From Ilumatobacteraceae bacterium (GTDB taxonomy: Bacteria; Actinomycetota; Acidimicrobiia; Acidimicrobiales; Ilumatobacteraceae), in assembly GCA_049318665.1 (NCBI GenBank), contig JBMOFX010000001.1, forward strand, positions 1 to 38,953: a DNA stretch of 38,953 nucleotides, in the 5' to 3' direction. Every line of letters begins with the position of its first letter. Positions within the stretch are counted from its first letter, which is position 1. The notes below the pieces were generated by a model that saw only the letters and a list, made by a program, of their open reading frames with translations, searched no databases and had not been told where the DNA came from. Shown here piece after piece: positions 9,463 through 18,942 of the stretch. Both the position numbers and the translations under genes were made by a program.

Positions 9463-10131
9463 ATGCGCACGGTGATCGACGTCGAAGTCTGGTCGGATGT
9501 GGTCTGCCCGTGGTGCTTCATCGGGAAGCGCAGGTTCGAACGGGCCGTCGCCGACGTGGCCGACGAGATCGAGGTCCGCTGGACCTACCGCCCGTACCAG
9601 CTCGACCCCACGGCGTCACCCGGCAAGGCCACCCCCGTCATCGAGGGCTACGCCAAGAAGTTCGGTGGTCCCGAGCGCGCTGCTCAGATCATCGAACAGG
9701 TCACCGCCGTCGCCGCCGGTGAAGGGCTCGAGTTCCGCATGGACCGAGCGCTCCGCGCCAACACGCTGCTGGCCCACCGACTGCTGTGGCTCACCGAGGC
9801 AACCGGCCATCAGCACGCGATGAAGGAGCGCTTGCTGCAGGCCTACTTCCACGACGGGCTCGACATCGGCGACCCCGATGTTCTGGCCGGGTGTGCCGCC
9901 GACATCGGTCTCGAGCGCAAGGCAGTGCGCGCATTCCTCGACAGCGACGACGGCGTCGCGGAGGTGCAGACAATGCTCCGGTTCGCCGCCGAGCACGAGA
10001 TCACGGCAGTGCCGACGTTCGTGATCGCCGGCGCGCCCGGTGGTCAGTCGTGGATGGTGCCCGGCGCACAGGACGCCGAGGTGTTCGCATCGGTGCTCCG
10101 CCGCCTTGCCGCCAAGCGCGCCGATGACTGA
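9463..10131 (+). CDS. cytoplasmic DsbA-family thiol:disulfide oxidoreductase (FrnE / HCCA-isomerase-like)
   Basis: Lies in ORF 9100-10131; the likely start is ATG 9463 (MRTVIDVEVWSDVVCPWCFIGKRRFE). It has a CPWC active site at the extreme N-terminus and no signal peptide. The C-terminal block ITAVPTFVI is typical of the family. Confidence 0.85.
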   Translation: MRTVIDVEVWSDVVCPWCFIGKRRFERAVADVADEIEVRWTYRPYQLDPTASPGKATPVIEGYAKKFGGPERAAQIIEQVTAVAAGEGLEFRMDRALRANTLLAHRLLWLTEATGHQHAMKERLLQAYFHDGLDIGDPDVLAGCAADIGLERKAVRAFLDSDDGVAEVQTMLRFAAEHEITAVPTFVIAGAPGGQSWMVPGAQDAEVFASVLRRLAAKRADD

Positions 10132-10912
10132 CTGGCGACCGCTGACCGGTCCGCTCGCCGCACACGTGCGCGGACGCGGCCCGCGCGTGGTGTTCCTTCA
10201 CGGCTTCACCCAGACCGGTCGCTCGTGGGTGCCCGTCGCCGATCTCCTCGCCGCACGCGGCTACGAAACCATGGTGGTCGACCTCCCCGGCCACGGTGGG
10301 TCGAGCCGGCTGCGGGCCGACCTCCGGCGCGCGGCCGACCTGCTCGCCGCGACGTCCGGCCCTGCGACCTACGTGGGCTACAGCCTGGGCGGGCGCGTGG
10401 GTCTGCACCTTGGGCTGATGTTCCCCCACATCGCGGAACGTCTGGTGCTGCTCGGCGCCACACCCGGCATCATCGACGATGAGGAACGCGCCAATCGTCG
10501 CGCTGCCGACGAGCAATTGGCGGAGCGGATCATCGAGATCGGCGTCGAAGCGTTCATCGACGAATGGATCGCGCAGCCGCTGTTCGCCGGGCTCACGCTC
10601 ACGCCCTCGGATCGAGCCGACCGCCTCACCAACACCGCAGAGGGATTGGCCTCGAGTCTCCGCATGGCCGGCACGGGCACACAGGTGCCCCTGTGGGACC
10701 GGCTACACGGATTCGCGACGCCGATCCTCGCGCTGGCCGGTGCCAACGACGCGAAGTTCTCTGCGATCGCTGAACAGATGGCGAGCCTGGCACCCGATGC
10801 CGAGTGGGACACGGTTGTCCACGCCGGGCATGCCGCCCACCTGCAACAGCCGGCAGCCGTGGCCGACCGCATCGAGCAGTTCCTGCCGACCGTCCCCGGC
10901 ATCGTCGGCTGA
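10124..10912 (+). CDS. menH: 2-succinyl-6-hydroxy-2,4-cyclohexadiene-1-carboxylate (SHCHC) synthase-type alpha/beta hydrolase
   Basis: Lies in ORF 10040-10912; ATG 10124 (MTDWRPLTG) overlaps the upstream stop by 8 nt. It has the oxyanion-hole block VVFLHGF, the nucleophile elbow GYSLGG and a C-terminal HAGHAAHLQQP. The function is assigned mainly from men context. Confidence 0.7.
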   Translation: MTDWRPLTGPLAAHVRGRGPRVVFLHGFTQTGRSWVPVADLLAARGYETMVVDLPGHGGSSRLRADLRRAADLLAATSGPATYVGYSLGGRVGLHLGLMFPHIAERLVLLGATPGIIDDEERANRRAADEQLAERIIEIGVEAFIDEWIAQPLFAGLTLTPSDRADRLTNTAEGLASSLRMAGTGTQVPLWDRLHGFATPILALAGANDAKFSAIAEQMASLAPDAEWDTVVHAGHAAHLQQPAAVADRIEQFLPTVPGIVG

Positions 10913-10932
10913 ACCCCGCCGCCGCCGCGGCC

Positions 10933-11826
10933 TCAGGACAACGCCATGCCCAACGTCGTGAGCGCGCCGACCGCGAGTTGCACCTTGCCGGTGGCGCCCA
11001 GCACGACGATCAGTTCGCGACCGCTCGCGCCGCCGAGCACGGCCCGCGCTGGCGCGACAGCCAGCACGAAGCCGACCAGTCCGATCGCCGCCCATCCATG
11101 CCCATCGAGCGCGGCGACAACGACGAGCGCAGCCGCGGCCACCAGCAACGCGACGTAGAGCAATCGGGTGCTCCGATCGCCGATGCGCACCGCGAGCGTT
11201 CGCTTGCCGGCCACCCGGTCGGTCGGGATGTCGCGCAGGTTGTTGACCACCAGCAACGCGCACGCCAACGAGCCGGCTGCAGCGCCGAGTACCCATGCCA
11301 CAGCAGGAAGTCGTTCGAGCATGACAAAGGTGGTGCCGACCGTGGCGACGAGGCCGAAGAAGACGAACACGAACAGCTCACCGAATCCGTAGTAGCCGTA
11401 GGGGTGCTTGCCGCCGGTGTAAAACCATCCGGCGGCCACACTGGCAACGCCGACGACGATCAGCCATGGCGAGGTCGTGACGACGAGCACGAACCCGGCG
11501 ACGGCGGCCACACCGAACGCGATCATCGCGGCGCGCTTTACCTCTGACGGGGTTGCGAGGCCACTCCCGACGAGGCGGACCGGGCCGACACGGACCTCAT
11601 CGGTGCCGCGCACGCCGTCGCTGTAGTCGTTCGCGTAGTTGACGCCCACTTGGAGCGCCAGGCTGACGACCAGCGCGGGCACGACGGCCCACCAGCGCGC
11701 CCCGTACTCACCGACCCCCACCGAAGCGCCGAGCGCCACCGGCACGACGGCTGCCGGCAGTGTGCGGGGCCGGGCGCCGAGCACCCAGCGATGGGGAGAA
11801 GGTGGGGCGGAGCTCGGCGACGTCAT
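10933..11826 (-). CDS. menA: 1,4-dihydroxy-2-naphthoate polyprenyltransferase (UbiA family)
   Basis: Lies in ORF 10933-11967; the likely start is ATG 11826 (MTSPSSAPPSPHRWVLGARPRTLP). It has the UbiA Asp-rich motif VNYANDYSDGVRGTDE, a second motif NNLRDIPTDRVAGKRT, and multiple TM helices. Confidence 0.9.
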   Translation of the reverse strand: MTSPSSAPPSPHRWVLGARPRTLPAAVVPVALGASVGVGEYGARWWAVVPALVVSLALQVGVNYANDYSDGVRGTDEVRVGPVRLVGSGLATPSEVKRAAMIAFGVAAVAGFVLVVTTSPWLIVVGVASVAAGWFYTGGKHPYGYYGFGELFVFVFFGLVATVGTTFVMLERLPAVAWVLGAAAGSLACALLVVNNLRDIPTDRVAGKRTLAVRIGDRSTRLLYVALLVAAAALVVVAALDGHGWAAIGLVGFVLAVAPARAVLGGASGRELIVVLGATGKVQLAVGALTTLGMALS

Positions 11827-11865
11827 CGGCTGCCAGTCTGGCCGACCGCCCCCTATCGTGCCCGC
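11827..11865. promoter_or_regulatory. 39-bp divergent menA / menE control region
   Basis: TATCGT at 11854-11859 ends 6 nt before the menE ATG. The 10-mer CCCTATCGTG (11851-11860) is identical to 9448-9457, upstream of the dsbA-like gene. Confidence 0.4.
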
Positions 11866-12990
11866 ATGGCCGAGCTCGTCGCGATCGACCTCATTGCGGG
11901 CGATGCCTTCGTCACCGCGGTCCGACGCTGTTGGGATCGCGGCGACGCGGTGCTTCCGATCGATCAACGACTCCCCGCCGCCACACGTCAGGATCTCCTC
12001 GACGAGATGCGTCCGACCGCGATCATCGACGGCGACGGCGAGCGACTCCTACGCGATGGACGGCCGGCTGACGACGGTGACGCGTTGGTGATGCCCACCA
12101 GCGGGTCGACCGGACGACCGAAGGGCGTCGTGCTCACACACGCAGCGATCGAGGCGTCCGCGCGCGCTACCGCCGCACGGATCGGCACGCACCCCGCTGA
12201 CCACTGGCTGGCGTGTTTGCCCGTGTCGCACATCGGTGGCTTCTCGGTCCTCACGAAGGCGTGGTCGGCCGGCACGCCGCTCACGGTGCTGCCGGGCTTC
12301 GACGTCGACGCGGTCGAGTCGGCCGCACGCTCGGGTGCCACGCTCGTGTCGCTCGTCGCAACGGCGTTGCGCCGCATCGATCCGACGCTGTTCCGGGTGA
12401 TCGTGCTCGGCGGCAGCCGGCCTCCGGCCGACCGGCCTGCCAATGCGATCGCCACCTACGGCATGACCGAGACGGGGAGCGGGGTGGTGTACGACGGTGT
12501 CCCGCTCGATGGTGTCGACGTCCGCATCGATGCGGAGGGCGAGGTACTGCTGCGCGGCCCGATGCTGTTGCGCTGCTACCGCGACGGAACCACTCCGCTC
12601 GACGATGAGGGTTGGTTGCACACCGGCGACCTTGGGCACTGGCGCGATGACGGCCGACTCCATGTGGCGGGTCGGCGCGGCGACCTGATCATCACCGGCG
12701 GCGAGAACGTCTGGCCCGACGCGGTCGAAGCGGCGCTCGCCAGCCACCCGGGCGTGAACGACGTGGCCGTCGCCGGTGTCGACGACCCCGAATGGGGGCA
12801 ACGCGTGGTTGCGTGGATCGTGCCGGCCGTCGGCTCGACCCCGACCCTCGATGGCATTCGTGCGCACGCCCGGGAGACGTTGCCCGCATACGCAGCGCCA
12901 AAGCAGATCGTGATCGTGTCGTCGATTCCCCGTACCACGCTCGGCAAAGTGGTGAGGGCGTCACTCACGGTGCCGAGCACCGCTGGGTAG
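11866..12990 (+). CDS. menE: o-succinylbenzoate--CoA ligase
   Basis: Lies in ORF 11650-12990; the likely start is ATG 11866 (MAELVAIDLIAGD). It is a short (374 aa) AMP-ligase with P-loop PTSGSTGRPKGVVLTH, YGMTETGSG and GDLGHWRDDGRLHVAGRRGDLIITGGENV. It is divergent from menA. Confidence 0.85.
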   Translation: MAELVAIDLIAGDAFVTAVRRCWDRGDAVLPIDQRLPAATRQDLLDEMRPTAIIDGDGERLLRDGRPADDGDALVMPTSGSTGRPKGVVLTHAAIEASARATAARIGTHPADHWLACLPVSHIGGFSVLTKAWSAGTPLTVLPGFDVDAVESAARSGATLVSLVATALRRIDPTLFRVIVLGGSRPPADRPANAIATYGMTETGSGVVYDGVPLDGVDVRIDAEGEVLLRGPMLLRCYRDGTTPLDDEGWLHTGDLGHWRDDGRLHVAGRRGDLIITGGENVWPDAVEAALASHPGVNDVAVAGVDDPEWGQRVVAWIVPAVGSTPTLDGIRAHARETLPAYAAPKQIVIVSSIPRTTLGKVVRASLTVPSTAG

Positions 12991-13002
12991 TCTCGTTCCC
13001 TC

Positions 13003-13791
13003 ATGGGGAACACGCTCGAGGGGCAGGTCGCGCTCGTCACTGGCGCGGCAGCAGGGATCGGTCGCGCGATCACACGACGACTCGTCGCCGATGGCGCGAC
13101 GGTGATCGCGGGCGACATCGACGAGCCGGGACTGGCATCGCTGCGCGACGAGCTCGGCGATCGAGTCGTCGTCAGCCGCTGCGACGTCACCGATGAAGCA
13201 TCGGTCGAAGCCTTGTTCACCTTGTCCGAATCACGCGGTGGCCTCGACATCGTCGTCGCGAATGCGGGCCGCGGCCACTTCTCGCCCATCGTCGACCACG
13301 ACCTCGCGTCGTGGAACGACATCATCGGGCTCTGCCTCACCGGCGTCTTCCTGACGCTGAAGCACGCGGGCCGCACCATCAACGACGGCGGCTCGATCGT
13401 CACCATCGCGTCCCTCAACGCCGTCCAACCGGCCGAGGGCATGGCCGCATACTGCGCCGCGAAGGCAGGCGTAGCGATGCTCACCCAGGTGGCAGCGATG
13501 GAGCTCGGCCATCGACGGATCCGCGTCAACTCGGTCGCACCGGGTCTCGTCGAGACGAATGCGACGTCGGCGTTCTGGATGGTGCCGGGCGTGGTCGACG
13601 AGTTCGTCGACAACACGACCCTCGGACGCTTTGCGCAACCCGACGATGTCGCGGGCATGGTCGCGTTTCTTGTCGGGCCGGATGCGACCTTCGTGTCGGG
13701 CGCGTTGCACCACGTCGACGGTGGCGCAATGACGAAGCGGTATCCCGACCTGCCGCGAGCGTTCGAACGCCTCGCCGCCCCCGACACCTGA
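13003..13791 (+). CDS. SDR-family oxidoreductase
   Basis: It has the Rossmann motif VTGAAAGIGRA, NAG, and the catalytic YCAAK. It starts 12 nt after the menE stop. Confidence 0.9.
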   Translation: MGNTLEGQVALVTGAAAGIGRAITRRLVADGATVIAGDIDEPGLASLRDELGDRVVVSRCDVTDEASVEALFTLSESRGGLDIVVANAGRGHFSPIVDHDLASWNDIIGLCLTGVFLTLKHAGRTINDGGSIVTIASLNAVQPAEGMAAYCAAKAGVAMLTQVAAMELGHRRIRVNSVAPGLVETNATSAFWMVPGVVDEFVDNTTLGRFAQPDDVAGMVAFLVGPDATFVSGALHHVDGGAMTKRYPDLPRAFERLAAPDT

Positions 13792-15092
13792 TGGTTGATC
13801 GCGTCAACCGACCGCTTCCACGGGCGTATTGGCGCCTCGTCGCTGCGCATGGCATCTCCAACATCGGCGACGGGGTGTTCCTCGTCGCGCTGCCATTGCT
13901 CGCCGCTCGACTCACCCGCGATCCGGTCGCGATCTCCCTGATCGCCATGGCACAGGTGCTGCCGTGGCTCATCGTGTCACTTCCCGCCGGTGCGATCATC
14001 GACCGTTCCGATCGGCGGCGAGTGATGATCATCGCCAACGTGGTCCGCGCCGGAGCGCTCGGCGTGCTGTGTGCCGCCATCGTGGCCGACGTCGCCGCGG
14101 TGTGGATGCTGTGGGTGCTCGCGATCGTGGTCGGCACCGCCGAAGTGTTCTACGACCATTCCGCCGCCGGACTCCTCCCCGACCTCGTGCCGACCGAGCA
14201 ACTCGAGCGAGCAAACGGTCGACTGTGGTCCGTCGAGTACGCCTCCAACACCTTCATCGGCACACCGATCGGCAGCCTCCTGTTCACCACGGCCGCCGTG
14301 CTGCCGTTCGGCGTCGACGGGATCAGCTTCATCGTCGCCGCACTGCTGATCCTCACGATCCGTGGATCGTTCCGGCACGCCTCGGCGACTCCGACCGGCC
14401 CCTCATCACTCACCGCCGAGGTGCGCGAGGGGCTGCGCTGGCTGTGGGCGCACCAACTGCTGCGCGCGATGGCGCTGTCATTGGCGCTTACCAACCTGGC
14501 GTTCCAGATTCCCACGGCGGTGTTCGTGCTGTTCGCTCAGGACGTCCTGGGCATCGGCGAACGCACCTATGGCCTGCTCTTCGCCGTCATGGGCGTCGGG
14601 TCGGTCCTCGGCGGACTGATCGGCGATCGGGTCGTGGCACGTCTTGGCAAGGCAGGCACGATCTATGTCGCGCTCGGGGTGTGGGTGCTCACGCTGCTCG
14701 CGGTGGGCATCTACCCGAGCACATGGTTCGTTGCGATCGTCCTGGCGATCGAGTCGTTCGTCGTGACCGTATGGAACGTGGTGTCCGGCACCCTTCGGCA
14801 GCAGGCCGTCCCCGCGCATCTGTTCGGCCGGGTGAGCAGCGCGTCGCGTTGGATCGCATGGGGAACCCTGCCAATCGGTTCGATCATCGGTGGACAGATC
14901 GCTGCGAGGGTCGGCTTCCGAGCGAACTACTTCGTTGCTGCGGCGGTGATGGTCGCTGCACTGATCGTGGCGTCGACGCAGGTGTCGCGGGCCAACATCG
15001 ATCGCGCGATCGCCGACAACCGCGAGCCAACGCCGTCAGCCGACCCGACGCCGACGTCGCTGCCTCGTCCGGACGACCACCTGCTCGAGTGA
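13791..15092 (+). CDS. MFS transporter (EntS/MFS_3-like)
   Basis: Lies in ORF 13311-15092; ATG 13791 (MVDRVNRPLPRAYWRLVAAHGISNIGDG) shares one base with the SDR stop (TGATG). It has about 12 hydrophobic segments, the loop motif DRSDRRRVM, and a Pro/Thr-rich C-terminal tail. Confidence 0.85.
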   Translation: MVDRVNRPLPRAYWRLVAAHGISNIGDGVFLVALPLLAARLTRDPVAISLIAMAQVLPWLIVSLPAGAIIDRSDRRRVMIIANVVRAGALGVLCAAIVADVAAVWMLWVLAIVVGTAEVFYDHSAAGLLPDLVPTEQLERANGRLWSVEYASNTFIGTPIGSLLFTTAAVLPFGVDGISFIVAALLILTIRGSFRHASATPTGPSSLTAEVREGLRWLWAHQLLRAMALSLALTNLAFQIPTAVFVLFAQDVLGIGERTYGLLFAVMGVGSVLGGLIGDRVVARLGKAGTIYVALGVWVLTLLAVGIYPSTWFVAIVLAIESFVVTVWNVVSGTLRQQAVPAHLFGRVSSASRWIAWGTLPIGSIIGGQIAARVGFRANYFVAAAVMVAALIVASTQVSRANIDRAIADNREPTPSADPTPTSLPRPDDHLLE

Positions 15093-15113
15093 GCGGGTGG
15101 ACCTCGCCGCTCA
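15090..15113. terminator. hairpin between convergent MFS and SDR genes
   Basis: TGAGCGG (15090-15096) pairs with CCGCTCA (15107-15113) around a 10-nt loop. The arms contain both convergent stop codons. There is no U-tract, so it is weak as an intrinsic terminator. Confidence 0.25.
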
Positions 15114-15857
15114 CGCCCCGCTGCGCACCCCGGCACCGCCGTCGATGACGTAGGTCTCGCCGGTGATCCAACTCGCGGCGTCGGAGGCGAGGAACGTGAC
15201 GAGGTTCGCGATGTCTTGTGGCTCGCCAAGACGCTTCAACGGCAGTTGGCCGGCAAGTCGCTCGCCGAAGTTGTCGACGAGGAAGGCGGCGAAGTCGGTC
15301 TGCACGAGACCCGGGGCCACGCCGACCACGCGAGTGGGACCGAGCTCCGACGCGAGCTGACGGGTGAGGTGGATGAGCGCCGCCTTGGTGAGGTTGTAGA
15401 CCCCGAGCCCGCCCTCGGCGCGCAACCCGCCGACCGATGCGATGTTGACGATCACTCCCGGCCGGTGCTGGAGCGAGGCGTCCCACGCTGCCTGGCTCCA
15501 GAACAACGGTCCGCGCAAGTTGACCTGGAAGGTCTTGTCGTAGCGAGCTTCGTCGACACCGAGCGTCGCGCCGAAGTAGGGGTTGGTGGCAGCGTTGTTG
15601 ACGAGGATGTCGAGTCCACCGAAGCGCTCGATCGTCGCCTGCACGGCTGCACGGCCTGCCTCGACGTCTCCCGTGTTCGCGGCGTAGACCTCGACGTCGC
15701 CGCCGATCTCCGCAGCCGCTGCCTCGAGCTGGTCGAGCTTGCGCGAGACGAGCATCACCTTCGCCCCGCTCGCGGCGAGCGTCGCCGCCACGGCCTTGCC
15801 GATGCCCCGTGATGCGCCGGTGACCAGCGCGACCTTGCCGTCGAGTGAGATCTGCAT
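15111..15857 (-). CDS. SDR-family oxidoreductase
   Basis: It has VTGASRGIGKA, NNAA and the catalytic YNLTKAA. It starts 18 nt downstream of the CNNM gene on the same strand. Confidence 0.9.
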   Translation of the reverse strand: MQISLDGKVALVTGASRGIGKAVAATLAASGAKVMLVSRKLDQLEAAAAEIGGDVEVYAANTGDVEAGRAAVQATIERFGGLDILVNNAATNPYFGATLGVDEARYDKTFQVNLRGPLFWSQAAWDASLQHRPGVIVNIASVGGLRAEGGLGVYNLTKAALIHLTRQLASELGPTRVVGVAPGLVQTDFAAFLVDNFGERLAGQLPLKRLGEPQDIANLVTFLASDAASWITGETYVIDGGAGVRSGA

Positions 15858-15875
15858 GCCGGCGACCCTAATGGG

Positions 15876-17174
15876 TCACTCGGTCTGGACCGGTTCCCAG
15901 GCAGGTTGCTCTGCAGCGCGTTCTCCGCGCTCGACGCGAACTCTGCTCACCCGTCGGCCGTCCATCTCAGCGACGGTGAACTGCCAGCCCTCCAGTTCGA
16001 TCACCTCACCCAAGCTCGGCACGTGGCCGAGGGTGTTGAAGATCAGTCCGCCGATGGTGTCCCAATCGTCGTCGGGGAGGTCGGCTTCGAGCAGGTCTTC
16101 GAGCTCGTCGATCGCCACACGTCCGCTCACGAGGTACGCCGCCTCACCGAGGTGCTGCACCTCGATGTCCTCGACGTCATGCTCGTCGTTGATGTCGCCG
16201 ACCAGTTCCTCGAGGCAATCCTCGAGCGTGATGAGGCCCGAGATCGCGCCGTACTCGTCTGCGACGATCGCCAGGTGGAACTTCTCCGCCTGCATCTCCC
16301 TCATCAGCCGGTTGAGCGGCTTGGTCTCTGGTATGAACCGCACGGGTCGGACGAGGTCGACGACGGGCCGCGCGCCGCCCCCCTCGCGCTCGATGCGCAT
16401 CAGATCCTTCGTGTACGCCAGCCCCACGACGTCGTCATCGTCATCATCCGGGCCGAGCACCGGCAGGCGACTGAACCCGTGTTCCACGGCGACATCGAGC
16501 GCCTGTGTGACGGTGGCGAGATGGTCGACCGTCACCATGTCGGGGCGAGGCACCATCACCTCGCGTGCGATGGTGTCGCCGAACTCGATGATCGACTCGA
16601 TGAGCTCTCGCTCCTCGTGTTCCACCACCCCGTCCTCGGCCGCTGCCTCGACGATGCCGAGCAGTTCCTGCTCGTTGACGAACGGGCCTTTCTCGAGGCC
16701 CTTTCCTTTGACGATGACGTTGGTGAGGCCGATGAGGCCACGCGAGATCCACCGCAACAACGGGAACTTCACCAGCGCGCTGACAGGACGCGACGTGAGC
16801 CGCGCTGCGCGCTCGGGATAGAGCACCGCGTACGTCTTCGGCACCGCCTCGGCGAGCACGAAGAACACGATCACGTTGAGCACCACACCGATCGCCACAC
16901 CGATGCCGCCGAACAGCTCGGCGGCGAGGATGCCGGTGAGTGTCGCTTGCACGGTCTGGCAGATGTTGACCGTGAGCAGCAGCGGGTTGACCCACCGCTC
17001 CGGTTCGCTGGTGAGCCACAGCACGGCCTGACCGGACTTCGTGCCCGTCTCGGCCATCGTGGTCGCACGATGCCTGCTCACCCGCGACAGGCCCATCTCG
17101 GCGATCGAGAGGAACGTCAGCACGACCAGCAGCAGCAGGATCGCCGCAAGCATCGTGACGTCGGCGGCGCTCAT
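15876..17174 (-). CDS. CNNM/hemolysin-family transporter (DUF21 - CBS pair - CorC_HlyC)
   Basis: The N-terminal TM DUF21 region is followed by a CBS region (IAREVMVPRPDMVTV) and the block HLAIVADEYGAISGLITLEDCLEELVGDI, then a CorC_HlyC tail. An unusual D6 run (PDDDDDDVVG) sits in the CBS pair. An ATGA overlap links it to ybeY. Confidence 0.9.
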   Translation of the reverse strand: MSAADVTMLAAILLLLVVLTFLSIAEMGLSRVSRHRATTMAETGTKSGQAVLWLTSEPERWVNPLLLTVNICQTVQATLTGILAAELFGGIGVAIGVVLNVIVFFVLAEAVPKTYAVLYPERAARLTSRPVSALVKFPLLRWISRGLIGLTNVIVKGKGLEKGPFVNEQELLGIVEAAAEDGVVEHEERELIESIIEFGDTIAREVMVPRPDMVTVDHLATVTQALDVAVEHGFSRLPVLGPDDDDDDVVGLAYTKDLMRIEREGGGARPVVDLVRPVRFIPETKPLNRLMREMQAEKFHLAIVADEYGAISGLITLEDCLEELVGDINDEHDVEDIEVQHLGEAAYLVSGRVAIDELEDLLEADLPDDDWDTIGGLIFNTLGHVPSLGEVIELEGWQFTVAEMDGRRVSRVRVERGERAAEQPAWEPVQTE

Positions 17175-17719
17175 GCCTGCTCCTGCCGGAAGCCCGCTGG
17201 TGTCGGTCCGTGCCAGTGGTGCTCCTCGAGCAGCCGTCGCTCGGTGGCGCGCATCGCGATGGCCTCATCGTCGGTTGCGTGGTCGAGCCCGAGCACGTGA
17301 AGGGTCCCGTGCACGAGGAGCAAGGCAAGCTCATCATCGAGCGTGCCCGCGTGCTCGGGCGCCTGCTTGGCGGCGATCGCCGGGCAGATCACGACGTCAC
17401 CGAGGAGCAGCGGGAGATCGCCCGGGTCGAGCGGGGCGCGATCGGGCCCACGTGGGGCGCCCGCATCCACCACGGCCGTGACCTCGTGCCCGTCGAGCGG
17501 AAACGCCAGGACGTCGGTGGGTCCGGGCTTGCCCATGTACTGCTCGTTGAGATCGGCGATGTCGGCTTCACCGACGTAGAGGACCGAGAGCTCCGCGAGC
17601 CCACGCACACCCTGGTCGCGAAGCACGTCGAGTGCCAGTCGCTGCCAACGTTCGAGCTCGATCGGGACGTCGTCCTGCTCGTCGGCGCAAAACACCTCGG
17701 GCTCTCCCTCGCCTCCCAC
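17171..17719 (-). CDS. ybeY: rRNA maturation endoribonuclease YbeY
   Basis: It has the zinc motif HGTLHVLGLDH and the block GKPGPTDVLAFPLD. I prefer GTG 17719, which has GGAG 8 nt upstream. An alternative GTG at 17761 overlaps the phoH stop (GTGGCTGA). Confidence 0.85.
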   Translation of the reverse strand: MGGEGEPEVFCADEQDDVPIELERWQRLALDVLRDQGVRGLAELSVLYVGEADIADLNEQYMGKPGPTDVLAFPLDGHEVTAVVDAGAPRGPDRAPLDPGDLPLLLGDVVICPAIAAKQAPEHAGTLDDELALLLVHGTLHVLGLDHATDDEAIAMRATERRLLEEHHWHGPTPAGFRQEQA

Positions 17720-17753
17720 CCGGTGGGCTCCGGCGACGCGCGGTCGATGCGGG

Positions 17754-18743
17754 TCAGCCACGGTTCCGTCCCGCTTCGCTGCGCTGCGAGTCCTCGGCTG
17801 CGGAACGCTCGTACGCAGCGACGATGTCGCCGACGATGCGGTGACGCACCACGTCGCCGACACCGAGGTGGACGAACGCGAGTCCATCGATCCCCTGGAG
17901 CACGCGCTCGAGGCCGAGCAGGCCGCTGCGACCGTCAGGGACGTCGATTTGCGTGGTGTCGCCGGTGACGACCACCTTCGAACCGAACCCGATACGTGTG
18001 AGGAACATCTTCATCTGCTCAGGCGTCGCGTTCTGCGCCTCATCAAGGATGATAAAGCTGTTGTTCAAGGTCCGGCCACGCATGAAGGCGAGCGGTGCCA
18101 CCTCGACGGCCTGACGCTCCAACAACTTCTGGGCGCCTTCGGGTTCGACCATGTCGTACAACGCGTCGTACAGCGGGCGCAGGTACGGATCGATCTTGGC
18201 CATCAGATCACCCGGCAGGAAGCCGAGTCGCTCACCGGCTTCCACCGCGGGTCGCGTGAGGATGATCCGCTGGACCTGCTTGCTCTGCAACGCCTGGACG
18301 CCCATCGCAACCGCGAGCCAGCTCTTCCCGGTGCCCGCGGGGCCGAGCCCGAAGGTGATGACGTTGTTGCGGATCGTGTCGATGTAGCGCTTCTGACCGG
18401 CCGTCTTCGGACGGATCGGGCGCCCCTTGGTGCCGCGCATGATGTCGTCGGTGAGAACCGTGCTCGGGCGCTCGTCGTGTTGCACCATGTCGATCGCTCG
18501 GGCAAGCACGACCTCGTCGAGGTGCTGGCCGCGTTGCAGCAGCACCACGAGCTCCTCGACCAGACGCCCGGCGCCGGATGCGTCCAATCCTTCGAGGTGC
18601 ACCTCGTTGCCGCGCACCACGATCGCCGTCGTCGGAAAGGCTCGCTCGATCTGGCGCAGGAACACGTCACGGGGACCGCACAGGGCGGGCATGACGTGGG
18701 GACCGGGGACGACGACGGTGTACGAAGCTGTCGTCGGGGTCAT
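17754..18743 (-). CDS. phoH: PhoH-family ATPase
   Basis: It has Walker [14 protein letters not shown] and the PhoH blocks [32 protein letters not shown] and FIILDEAQN. The start is ambiguous: ATG 18743 gives a typical length of about 329 aa. The maximal ORF starts at TTG 18842, which lies 6 nt after a TAGAGT hexamer. Confidence 0.9.
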   Translation of the reverse strand: MTPTTASYTVVVPGPHVMPALCGPRDVFLRQIERAFPTTAIVVRGNEVHLEGLDASGAGRLVEELVVLLQRGQHLDEVVLARAIDMVQHDERPSTVLTDDIMRGTKGRPIRPKTAGQKRYIDTIRNNVITFGLGPAGTGKSWLAVAMGVQALQSKQVQRIILTRPAVEAGERLGFLPGDLMAKIDPYLRPLYDALYDMVEPEGAQKLLERQAVEVAPLAFMRGRTLNNSFIILDEAQNATPEQMKMFLTRIGFGSKVVVTGDTTQIDVPDGRSGLLGLERVLQGIDGLAFVHLGVGDVVRHRIVGDIVAAYERSAAEDSQRSEAGRNRG

Positions 18744-18942
18744 CTGGAGGCGCTGGCGGGGAGCATCTTCGTGCAGGGTAGCCCCGGCGCGCCGGTCGGT
18801 CACGCGCGTTCCCCGAACTGCCCGGGTCACCGCCTGTGACAACTGCTCACTCTACGTGAGGTACTAAACGCCCGTTGTGTTTTTCTGGCGCACCGCTTAC
18901 CATGACGAGGCCGCGCGCAGCGTGGCGGACGGGTGCTGACGG

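Noticed and set aside
13829-17300. Long off-frame ORFs (13829-15148 plus, 15739-16821 plus, 15906-17300 plus, 16444-17337 minus)
   Set aside because: These are shadow frames of the MFS, SDR and CNNM genes, and none has a family motif.
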